Positions 20,878 to 28,717 of a stretch of 64,000 bases of DNA are shown here, one piece after another; positions within the stretch are counted from its first letter, which is position 1, and each line of letters begins with the position of its first letter. The position numbers were made by a program, and so were the translations under genes. The stretch lies in the NCBI GenBank assembly GCA_031284315.1, contig JAITAB010000058.1:11800-75799 (forward strand). Direction: 5' to 3'. The notes under the pieces were generated by a model that worked only from the letters and a program-made list of their open reading frames with translations, ran no database searches and was not told the DNA's origin. Origin of the DNA: Campylobacteraceae bacterium (GTDB lineage: Bacteria; Campylobacterota; Campylobacteria; Campylobacterales; Campylobacteraceae).

Positions 20878-21687
20878 TCAGATAACATATCCGCTCTCAT
20901 CGCTTGTTTGGCGGTAGATGAGGCTTAGTATCTCTTCTCTTAAAGAGATATACTCTTTTGAAAAACGGATTTTGTCCGAAACAGTTTCATTTATATGGTA
21001 TGTAAACTCTATATTGAACTCTTTTATGATTTTGCCCGGTCTTTTGGACATGACAAGCGCTCTTGTGGCGAGGCTCAAAGCTTCGTCAACGTCATGCGTT
21101 ATGAGAAAAAACGCGCTTTTATCCATCGACCATACGGTTCTTGTCAAAATCTGCATATTTATCTTTGTAAAAGCGTCTAATGCGCCGAACGGTTCATCTA
21201 ACAGAATGATAGACGGACTTGACGCGAGCGCTCTTGCCAAAGCCGCTCTTTGGCGCATGCCGCCCGAAAGTTCGTAAGGTTTGTGATTTTTAAACTCAAA
21301 CAGTTCCACGTCTTTTAGATATTTATCCGACAGTTTTGAGCGCCCTTTTTTGTCAAAATTTCTCATTTTAAGACCAAATTCCACATTCTCTTTCACGCTA
21401 AGCCATGGATACAGTACGGGCGTTTGAAACATAACGCCTCTTTGAAAATTAGGAGCTGTTATAGGTTTGCCGTTCATCAAGGCGTCGCCGCATGAGGGTT
21501 TGACAAAACCTGCCAATACATTCAAAAGCGTGCTTTTTCCGCAGCCTGACGGTCCCAAAACGGCTATAAATTCTCTGCTTTTTATTTGAAGATTTATATC
21601 GGTGATAGCGGCGACTTCGTTTTTGCCGCCGCTATTATAAGTTACGCCTATATCTTTTAAGGCGATAAGAGACTCTTTATTGCTCAT
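20878..21687 (-). CDS. ABC transporter ATP-binding protein, NitT/TauT (TauB/SsuB-like) family
   Basis: Walker A GPSGCGKST, signature LSGGMRQR, Walker B ILLDEPFGALD. ATG at 21687 is preferred over TTG at 21720. Confidence 0.9.
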   Translation of the reverse strand: MSNKESLIALKDIGVTYNSGGKNEVAAITDINLQIKSREFIAVLGPSGCGKSTLLNVLAGFVKPSCGDALMNGKPITAPNFQRGVMFQTPVLYPWLSVKENVEFGLKMRNFDKKGRSKLSDKYLKDVELFEFKNHKPYELSGGMRQRAALARALASSPSIILLDEPFGALDAFTKINMQILTRTVWSMDKSAFFLITHDVDEALSLATRALVMSKRPGKIIKEFNIEFTYHINETVSDKIRFSKEYISLREEILSLIYRQTSDESGYVI

Positions 21688-21724
21688 GTAAGCCCTGTTT
21701 TTGCCCGTTTTGCCCGGCAAAATA

Positions 21725-22726
21725 TTATTTTTTTAAAGACAACTCTATATACAGCGGATTTATCGCTTTTTGAAAAACTTCAAGCGGCGGCGCTTTTTCT
21801 ATGGATTTTTGCTTTTCCAAAAAATCAGCCGTCTTTTTAAGAGCCAAAGCTATCTCTCCGACTTTGCCGCTTGCGCCAAGGTATTTGCCGCCGAGCTGTT
21901 CTTCGGCGCTTAGCCATACATTGCCGAGTATTTGCGTCTTGCTGTCCGCTTCGCTTATTTGAAAGTATTTTGCCAAAGTCTTTACTGTGCCGTCAAAATC
22001 ATTGCGGTAATCGTCTTGAGCTTTTGAGAGCGCTTTTATATATTCGGCTACGATATGCGGATATTTTTTGCCGAATTTAGCGTTTACTATCTCGACATCC
22101 GCCGTTACCACTCCAGCCTTTGCCAAATCCTCGCTTGTAAGCAAAACCGACCCTTCGTCCAAAAGCGAAGTAAGCACGGGATCCCACACATACGCGGCGT
22201 CTATATCGCCTCTTTTCCATGCGGCAAAAATATCTTTGGGCTGCAAATCAAGTATCGTAACATCGGAAGCCTTTAAGCCGTTCAGTTCAAGCGCGCTTAA
22301 AAGACTGTAATGTCCTGTGGAGCCGAACGGAGCCGCCGCTTTTTTGCCTTTTAAATCCTTAACGCTTTTAATATTAGCGCTATTTTTCACCGCCAAAGCT
22401 TCCGATTTGCCCAAAATCCCATGTATCCATATAAGCTCAACGCCGAGATTTTTAGATATGGCGGTCGTTGCGGGCGTAGTGCCGACAAGTCCGATATCTA
22501 CGCTGCCCGAAGCTATCGCGTTTACCACAGCCGCACCCGAGTCAAATTCCGAAAGCCTTACCTCAACGCCTATATTGTTGAAATATTTTTTGGCTTTCGC
22601 TATATTCTCATCATTTGGCATCTGCTGAGTCGCTATTCTTACAACGGAAGGCTTTTCCGCCGAAACTTTATTTGAGTCTGCGCTCAAAACCGTAAATATT
22701 GATAAAATTACCAATAAAACTCTCAT
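21725..22726 (-). CDS. ABC transporter periplasmic substrate-binding protein, TauA/SsuA-like
   Basis: Signal peptide. The family was judged by eye from overall resemblance to NMT1/TauA-type binding proteins and from its position between the permease and the ATPase. Confidence 0.75.
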   Translation of the reverse strand: MRVLLVILSIFTVLSADSNKVSAEKPSVVRIATQQMPNDENIAKAKKYFNNIGVEVRLSEFDSGAAVVNAIASGSVDIGLVGTTPATTAISKNLGVELIWIHGILGKSEALAVKNSANIKSVKDLKGKKAAAPFGSTGHYSLLSALELNGLKASDVTILDLQPKDIFAAWKRGDIDAAYVWDPVLTSLLDEGSVLLTSEDLAKAGVVTADVEIVNAKFGKKYPHIVAEYIKALSKAQDDYRNDFDGTVKTLAKYFQISEADSKTQILGNVWLSAEEQLGGKYLGASGKVGEIALALKKTADFLEKQKSIEKAPPLEVFQKAINPLYIELSLKK

Positions 22727-22746
22727 AAATTACCTCCTTAGTAATG

Positions 22747-23520
22747 TCAGCCTTCTCCCTTCCAGAAGACTATTTTTCGTTCCGCAAAGCGGACTATCTG
22801 GTCTAACAGAATGCCCGTGATTCCCATGAGAAAAATACCCATAAATATGATATCGCTCCTCAAAAATCTACTTGCATCCAACACAAGCCACCCTATGCCC
22901 GACACTGCCGCTACCATCTCAGCTGCCACAAGTGTTGTGTAAGCCACCCCAAGCGCAGTTCTGACGCCGACAAAGATTTCGGGCAGACATGAGGGGAAAC
23001 TTACATAAAAAAACAGCTGCCGTTTAGATGCTCCGAGCATTAAAGCGTTATTGATATAATCCTTTTTCACCGTCTGCATAGCTCCTATGCATGAAACAAA
23101 AATCGGCGAAAAAGCCGCGAGAGCCAACAAGGCGATTTTAGATGAATTGTCTATACCCATCCAAAGCACAATAAGTGTGTAATAAGCAAGCGGCGGAAGA
23201 GGTCTTAAAAACTCTATCACGGGTTCAAATACAGCCGCGATTTTTGAGCTGTATCCGCTTGCAAGCCCCAATGGAACTGCTGTTATTACAGCTATGAAAA
23301 AAGCTATGATAAGCCGCTCCAAACTATCAAACAGATGTTTTAGTATGGACGCGTCTTTGTATCCTTCGTTCCATATCGTGATAAACGCGTCAAGCACTTT
23401 TTTCGGCGGCGGAATCATAACGCTTGAGACTAACTCAAACTTCGTTGCGCCGTACCATACCGCAAATATAACGGCTATCGTGCTTATCGTTAATATTTTT
23501 TCTATCTGTTTTTTTCTCAT
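22747..23520 (-). CDS. ABC transporter permease, TauC/SsuC-like
   Basis: Six TM segments and an EAA-like loop (GASKRQLFFYVSFPSCLPEIFVGVRTALG). Confidence 0.88.
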   Translation of the reverse strand: MRKKQIEKILTISTIAVIFAVWYGATKFELVSSVMIPPPKKVLDAFITIWNEGYKDASILKHLFDSLERLIIAFFIAVITAVPLGLASGYSSKIAAVFEPVIEFLRPLPPLAYYTLIVLWMGIDNSSKIALLALAAFSPIFVSCIGAMQTVKKDYINNALMLGASKRQLFFYVSFPSCLPEIFVGVRTALGVAYTTLVAAEMVAAVSGIGWLVLDASRFLRSDIIFMGIFLMGITGILLDQIVRFAERKIVFWKGEG

Positions 23521-24848
23521 GAGCGGCGCGGCTTTGTATATTTATCGTCTGCGATATACAGCGTTTCGTCCAAAATCTCCAACGCTTCCAAAAGCTCTTT
23601 TTGGCTTATGACAAGCGGCGGAGCGATGATGATATTGCTGCCTCTGCCGATAGTAGCAAAACCTTTTTGCCTCAGCAGATTTATGATATTGGGGATTTTG
23701 CCGCTCAACGACTGTTTGGCATATCTGTCGGCTACAAGTTCTATTGCGGCAAAAAGCCCTATGCTTCTTACATTGCCGACAATTTTATGCTTTTTTTCAA
23801 AAGAGAGCAGCGTCTGCTTTAAAACTTTGCCGAGCTTGCGTACATGCGTAAAAATATGACGGTCGTAGTAATAATCCAGCGCGGCAATTCCTGCGGCGCA
23901 AGATAGCGGATGGGCGTTGTATGTAAGACCGCATAAAAGCGGGCGGTTATCGTAAAAGTCGGCTATTTCTTTGCTTACTATCACGCCGCCGAGCGGTACA
24001 TAGCCGCATGTGATGCCTTTGGCAAAAGTGATAATATCGGGCGTAACATTGAAATTTTCAAAAGCAAACAGCTTTCCCGTCCTGCCGAATCCGCCCATGA
24101 CTTCGTCAAAATGCAGCAGTATCCCAAACTCATCGCACAATTTCCGCACCCCTTCAAGATAACCTTTCGGCGGTATAATGACGCCGTTCGTGCCGGCTAC
24201 CGCTTCAAGCGTTATCGCGGCTATATTGCCCGCGTCTTCGGCTATGATTTGCTCGCGCAAAAGTTCAAGATAATATTTTGAGATTTCATGTTCGTTTTTA
24301 AATTTAATCTTTTCTCTGTAAATATATGGCGTTAAAAATTTCACAAATCCGCCCGAAGACGGGCGTTCAGCGGCAAAGCGCCTGACATCTCCCGACAAAT
24401 TTCCCGCGCCTATCGTAGAGCCGTGATAACTGCGGTATGATGAAAAGATTTTGTGTCTGCCGCTGAACGCTCTGGCTATCAGTACGGCATTATCGTTTGA
24501 TTCCGCGCCGCCGCATGTAAAAAAAACTTTAGCCATATTTGCGCCCGCTTTTTCTATGAGCTTTTTCGCGAGTTCGGAGCGCGGATACGCGGCATGCGCG
24601 GGAGCAATATACGCGAAACTGTCAAGCTGCCGCTTGATGGCTTCGTTTATCTCTTTGTTGCCGTGTCCGAGATTTGAATTAACGAGCTGCGAAGACATGT
24701 CAAAATATCTTTTCCCGTCATAATCCCAAAAAAAGACCCCTTTAGCATGTGAGACAGCTATCGGATCCTGAGCCTTTTGCGCGACCCAAGGTCTTAAATT
24801 GTAATGCGAGTCGCCGTCTAAAACTTCCTCTTTTGTACCCTTTTCCAT
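23517..24848 (-). CDS. Class III (omega) pyridoxal-phosphate aminotransferase, candidate taurine/organosulfonate:2-oxoacid aminotransferase
   Basis: GGAESND, HFDEVMGGFGRTGK and TFAKGIT (PLP lysine) motifs. A 4-nt overlap with the downstream permease gene suggests one operon. ATG at 24848. Confidence 0.8.
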   Translation of the reverse strand: MEKGTKEEVLDGDSHYNLRPWVAQKAQDPIAVSHAKGVFFWDYDGKRYFDMSSQLVNSNLGHGNKEINEAIKRQLDSFAYIAPAHAAYPRSELAKKLIEKAGANMAKVFFTCGGAESNDNAVLIARAFSGRHKIFSSYRSYHGSTIGAGNLSGDVRRFAAERPSSGGFVKFLTPYIYREKIKFKNEHEISKYYLELLREQIIAEDAGNIAAITLEAVAGTNGVIIPPKGYLEGVRKLCDEFGILLHFDEVMGGFGRTGKLFAFENFNVTPDIITFAKGITCGYVPLGGVIVSKEIADFYDNRPLLCGLTYNAHPLSCAAGIAALDYYYDRHIFTHVRKLGKVLKQTLLSFEKKHKIVGNVRSIGLFAAIELVADRYAKQSLSGKIPNIINLLRQKGFATIGRGSNIIIAPPLVISQKELLEALEILDETLYIADDKYTKPRRS

Positions 24849-25403
24849 GAACCGCCTTTTTGTAATAAACAGCATTTTGAAAGCGCAAATCAGAATGATA
24901 GCGCAGATATTATTAAATGTAAATAAAATATATCTATATAGTCAGGTATAACTGTTTATAAGCGGGATTTTATCATTATCAATCTTTGAAGCAAAAAACG
25001 CTTGCGCCGCGCAGCGCTACGCATAGACGGCACGGCAAAAATATCAATTTATTTGAAGATATGCAAAATTATTTTCAGAAGCGTTTCAATCATTTTGCAA
25101 CTTTCTTGATAATCCAAGCTATAAAGCCAACCATCAAGCCGATGATAGACACAGGCTAAACTAAAATGTCAAAACGGATAGTTGTGTTCGCCTTTTCCCA
25201 TCAATCGGCAAATTAACATTGCTGCGATTGCCATTATATCGGCTGTCATGCGCCGCTTAATTTGCTATTGTAAAAAACGCCAAAAAAAGCAGCTTTTTAT
25301 ATTTAACTTTTTTGAACCCATTTTAATTTTTGATAAGATATGATTTTTATGCGGCGGCAGTTTAAAAAATTTTGTTGAATTTGCGCTAACAAACGCCGTC
25401 TTT

Positions 25404-25430
25404 CAGGCTTGTTTGGCTAAAACAAGCCTG
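25404..25430. terminator. Hairpin downstream of the GltD-like gene
   Basis: CAGGCTTGTT-tggctaa-AACAAGCCTG. The 10-bp stem lies about 70 nt past the stop of the minus-strand gene. No clear U-tract. Confidence 0.35.
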
Positions 25431-25499
25431 TTCGCGAATAACGCTAACGCGGTTACCGTTTGTTTCTATGACAGAGTTTGCAAAATTGCTAACGCGCTG

Positions 25500-26714
25500 T
25501 CAGGAATTAACAGTTGCGTACTGTTTTAAAAAATACTCTTCCATAGCTTCCGCTACGCGCTTTGAGAAACTAACGGCCTCTACGACCGTTCTTGCGCCCG
25601 TTACCACATCGCCTGACGCAAAAACGCCCTCTTTGGTCGTTCTGCCGCTATCGTCCGTTACAAGCAAGCCATTGTCTTTGACTTCAATGCCTTTATTATT
25701 TTTGACTATCAAATCGCGCGGAGCCTGCGAAACAGCCACAAAAATGGAATCTGCCTCCGTGAAGCCTTCCGTTTCGCTTCCGTCTGTGGCGCGGTATTTG
25801 ACGCCTTCTCTTGTAAGTTCTACGGGTTCTTTGAAAAAGTCGAATTTCACGCCGTCAATTTTCGCGCACTCTATCTCATGCTTTTCCGCGCTCATGTGCT
25901 CTTCGTCTTTTCTGTACATCACAACAACTTCGCGCACACCGTGTCTTACGGCTGTTCTTGCCACATCCATGGCGACATTTCCCGCGCCAAGTACTATGAC
26001 TTTATTGCCCAAACTGTAAACTTCGGGATTTTTCAGATAATCAATTGCAAAATGCACATTTCCAAGCGTTTCGCCTTTGATATTGAGTTTTCGCGGCGAC
26101 CAGACGCCTGTGCCGATAAATACCGCGTCAAATCCATCGCGCGATAATTCGTCAAGAGTCAAGTTTTTGCCTATCATGATATTCGGGCGAATGACTACGC
26201 CGAGCTGCTGAAGCTTTATTGAGAGCGTGTCAAGTATCTGCTTATGCAGTCTAAATTCGGGTATGCCGTATCTCAAAACGCCGCCGATTTTGTCGTTGCC
26301 CTCGTATATCGTTACGCCATGTCCTTTTTTCGCCATGATAAAAGCAAGCGATATTCCAGCCGGTCCGCTGCCGATGATAGCGATATTTTTGCCTGTGAAT
26401 GCGGGTTTTTCGAAATGGATTTTATTGATATAAAAATCCGAAATGTAATTTTCTATACTGCCCACGCTTACAGGCGCGCCTTTCTTATTGAGTACGCAGT
26501 GTCCCTCGCAGTGCTTCTCATGCGGGCAGACAATGGAACAGACAACGGAGAGAGGGTTATTGGCAAAGAGCATTTCGCCCGCACTTTTTATGTCTCCTGC
26601 CAAAAAAAGTTTTATCATTTCAGGGATAGGCGTACTGACAGGACAGCCTTTTTGACAGGAAGGTCGCTTACAGCCAAGGCAGGTTCTTGCATTATCTATA
26701 ACATATTTGTTCAT
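25500..26714 (-). CDS. GltD/SudA/NfnB-family NAD(P)H-dependent FAD/Fe-S oxidoreductase
   Basis: N-terminal Cys clusters (CLGCKRPSCQKGCP, CPHEKHCEGHC) and two Rossmann motifs (IIGSGPAG, VLGAGNVAMD). I saw no partner subunit next to it. Confidence 0.8.
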   Translation of the reverse strand: MNKYVIDNARTCLGCKRPSCQKGCPVSTPIPEMIKLFLAGDIKSAGEMLFANNPLSVVCSIVCPHEKHCEGHCVLNKKGAPVSVGSIENYISDFYINKIHFEKPAFTGKNIAIIGSGPAGISLAFIMAKKGHGVTIYEGNDKIGGVLRYGIPEFRLHKQILDTLSIKLQQLGVVIRPNIMIGKNLTLDELSRDGFDAVFIGTGVWSPRKLNIKGETLGNVHFAIDYLKNPEVYSLGNKVIVLGAGNVAMDVARTAVRHGVREVVVMYRKDEEHMSAEKHEIECAKIDGVKFDFFKEPVELTREGVKYRATDGSETEGFTEADSIFVAVSQAPRDLIVKNNKGIEVKDNGLLVTDDSGRTTKEGVFASGDVVTGARTVVEAVSFSKRVAEAMEEYFLKQYATVNS

Positions 26715-26806
26715 TTTAAACCTCGCTATTTTTGGATAAAATTTTGTATTATATCCATAAAAAGGTAAAGTTGGAACTAATCAAAAATATTTGCCGTAAT
26801 TTTACG

Positions 26807-27613
26807 CTATTTGTACAGCAGTTTTTGCACTAAATCCCGCCGTTCATGCAGAGATTTTGCGAGATTGCCAAAGCCTGAAATCCACCCTTTTTTCATCGCG
26901 GTAAAGTATAAATTTTTACCGCAAGCCAAAACAAACAAGTCCGTAAGAGTATCCAAGTTTGTCTGGAATCTGTCAAGCTTTTTGTTCTCATGCAAAGATT
27001 CTCCTTTGGTATCGGGAATGTTTGTAACAATATGAAACTTTTCTCCCCAAAACTTTTTTGCGTATTCCTGACATGCGTAACTGTCTGTGCAAAGTACGAT
27101 TTTGCTGCCGATTTTGTCGTTTATGTCGGTAAAAAACTTTTTATAATTCGTTTTATAATCGCTGTTTCTTACATGCAAAGCGTCGTATTCGCCAAGCGGT
27201 TTTATGGTATTTACGATATGCTTTCTTACCCCCTCTTTAAGCAAAAGCCACTCAAATACAAAAATAGATTCATCGCCGCTGCCGCTCTCTTCATAAACTA
27301 AAATTTGGTCATCGTAATCTTTTGAAAAATCAAATACACTTTGCGTATCAAATGAGCTGTCGGCGATAATTTTCAACTTTTCACGGTCTAAACTGCTGAC
27401 ATTTTTAAGCAAAAGCAGATGAGAAATATTCAAAAATATTCCTTTCTCGGATACTTTAAAATATTTATCAAAATCGTCCAAAAATCCCGAACGGCTGGCG
27501 TCTATATATAAATCTCTATCATGCGCTTTTGCGTACTTATAACATTTGTTAATTCTCACAAGCATATCGTTAAATCCGCCATGCGGTCTGCATATAACGA
27601 TTTTTTTATCCAA
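26807..27613 (-). CDS. Hypothetical protein, possible fucosyltransferase-fold glycosyltransferase
   Basis: HVRNSDY resembles the H-x-R-R/N-x-D-Y motif of GT11/NodZ/O-FucT-like enzymes. The C-terminal region TLTDLFVLACGKNLYFT..SGFGNLA is similar to their distal motif. TTG start at 27613. The call is weak. Confidence 0.45.
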   Translation of the reverse strand: MDKKIVICRPHGGFNDMLVRINKCYKYAKAHDRDLYIDASRSGFLDDFDKYFKVSEKGIFLNISHLLLLKNVSSLDREKLKIIADSSFDTQSVFDFSKDYDDQILVYEESGSGDESIFVFEWLLLKEGVRKHIVNTIKPLGEYDALHVRNSDYKTNYKKFFTDINDKIGSKIVLCTDSYACQEYAKKFWGEKFHIVTNIPDTKGESLHENKKLDRFQTNLDTLTDLFVLACGKNLYFTAMKKGWISGFGNLAKSLHERRDLVQKLLYK

Positions 27614-27620
27614 TATCGGT

Positions 27621-28307
27621 TTAATTTCTGAATTCTATCTTGATTTTATCTGTCAAAAGAGTTTTGTCAAATTTTTTGGGATTTGCGTTTAAGCCGCCCA
27701 ATGTTTGCTTTGCATGCAGGTAATTTTGAAGATAATAGACGCCTTTATAGCCGTTTTCAAGCAAAATATCAGCCATTTCATTTATCGTTTTTTCACTCAA
27801 AAGGTCTGCATGGACAGTGGTACGCACTTCAAAAGGTACGCTGTTTAGGCGCAAAATCTGCAAAGAGCGTATAAAAGCGTCATAAAAATTTGAGAGCGTA
27901 ACGCTTTTAAAAAGAGATTTTGCGGCTTTAAAATCTATAGAAACAAAGTCAATAAATCCGCTTTTTAAAAGATTGTCCAAAATTTTCGGATTGCTGCCGT
28001 TTGTATCTATTTTGATTTTAAACCCAAGCTCTTTTATTTCGCGGCAAAGCTCCAAAAGTTTGGGATACAAAGTACATTCGCCGCCGCTTAAAACCACCCC
28101 CTCAAGCCGTTGCGTTCTTTTGCGCAAAAAGTCCAAAAACTCGTCAGCGCCGATGTTTCCTTCGCCCAAAACTATATGCGGATTGTAGCAGTAGGCGCAG
28201 CGCATGTTGCACCCTGCAAACCAAACGATACATGACAAATGCTCGGGGAAGTCAAGCATCGTAAATGGAGTTATGTCAAAAATTGGTTTGCCGCCGCTAT
28301 TTTTCAA
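27621..28307 (-). CDS. nrdG: Anaerobic ribonucleoside-triphosphate reductase activating protein (radical SAM)
   Basis: ITPFTMLDFPEHLSCIVWFAGCNMRCAYCYNP carries the CxxxCxxC radical-SAM cluster motif. GVVLSGGE is also present. Apparent TTG start. Confidence 0.9.
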   Translation of the reverse strand: MKNSGGKPIFDITPFTMLDFPEHLSCIVWFAGCNMRCAYCYNPHIVLGEGNIGADEFLDFLRKRTQRLEGVVLSGGECTLYPKLLELCREIKELGFKIKIDTNGSNPKILDNLLKSGFIDFVSIDFKAAKSLFKSVTLSNFYDAFIRSLQILRLNSVPFEVRTTVHADLLSEKTINEMADILLENGYKGVYYLQNYLHAKQTLGGLNANPKKFDKTLLTDKIKIEFRN

Positions 28308-28533
28308 TAAAATTCCATATTTTTATATTTATAGCGCATCATGAAAAGCTCCATACCGCAGTCGGCGGCAAAATGTCATGGAAAGTTTTTAATTTATCTA
28401 CTTTTTTGAAAAACGGGCAGCCGTCATTTTCTATAAGCATATTTTTTGCTTTTAAATTAATGCGCATGTAAGGCAATATTGGCAATTTTTATATAAAAAC
28501 AACAAAAACCGCCTGCAAATACGCTCTGAAAAA

Positions 28534-28692
28534 TCAGCCGCAGCGCTTTTCGGTAAATTTCACGCGCTCTTTATGTTCGCCTTTTTTACCAAGATTAAAA
28601 CTTTCAACAGGGCGGTGATAACCCATCACGCGAGTATAAACCATGCACTTTGTGCGTTTGTGCGCCAACTCTTTAGCTAATTTTTCATTCAT
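28534..28692 (-). CDS. Separately encoded glycyl-radical peptide of class III RNR (52 aa)
   Basis: Not in the ORF track. AAGGAG lies 8 nt upstream of the ATG at 28692. The sequence is MNEKLAKELAHKRTKCMVYTRVMGYHRPVESFNLGKKGEHKERVKFTEKRCG. It matches the extreme C-terminal glycyl-radical motif of NrdD (E. coli ..RRVCGYLG..FNAGKQEEVKRRVKH). Confidence 0.75.
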   Translation of the reverse strand: MNEKLAKELAHKRTKCMVYTRVMGYHRPVESFNLGKKGEHKERVKFTEKRCG

Positions 28693-28717
28693 GTTAGTTT
28701 CTCCTTATTTTTTGTGT

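Noticed and set aside
24849-25499. The long noncoding gap was examined for a riboswitch, an sRNA or a degraded gene. Short minus-strand membrane-like fragments are present (e.g. MTADIMAIAAMLICRLMGKGEHNYPF, and …SIIGLMVGFIAWIIKKVAK).
   Set aside because: No conserved riboswitch core could be recognised by eye, and the fragments are too short to call. The gap is kept only as context for the motif observation.
28308-28533. A possible extra small ORF (about 33 aa, MLIENDGCPFFKKVDKLKTFHDILPPTAVWSFS) between the glycyl-radical peptide gene and nrdG, and + strand ORF 28265..28471.
   Set aside because: No RBS and no recognisable similarity. More likely to be the nrdG promoter/leader region.
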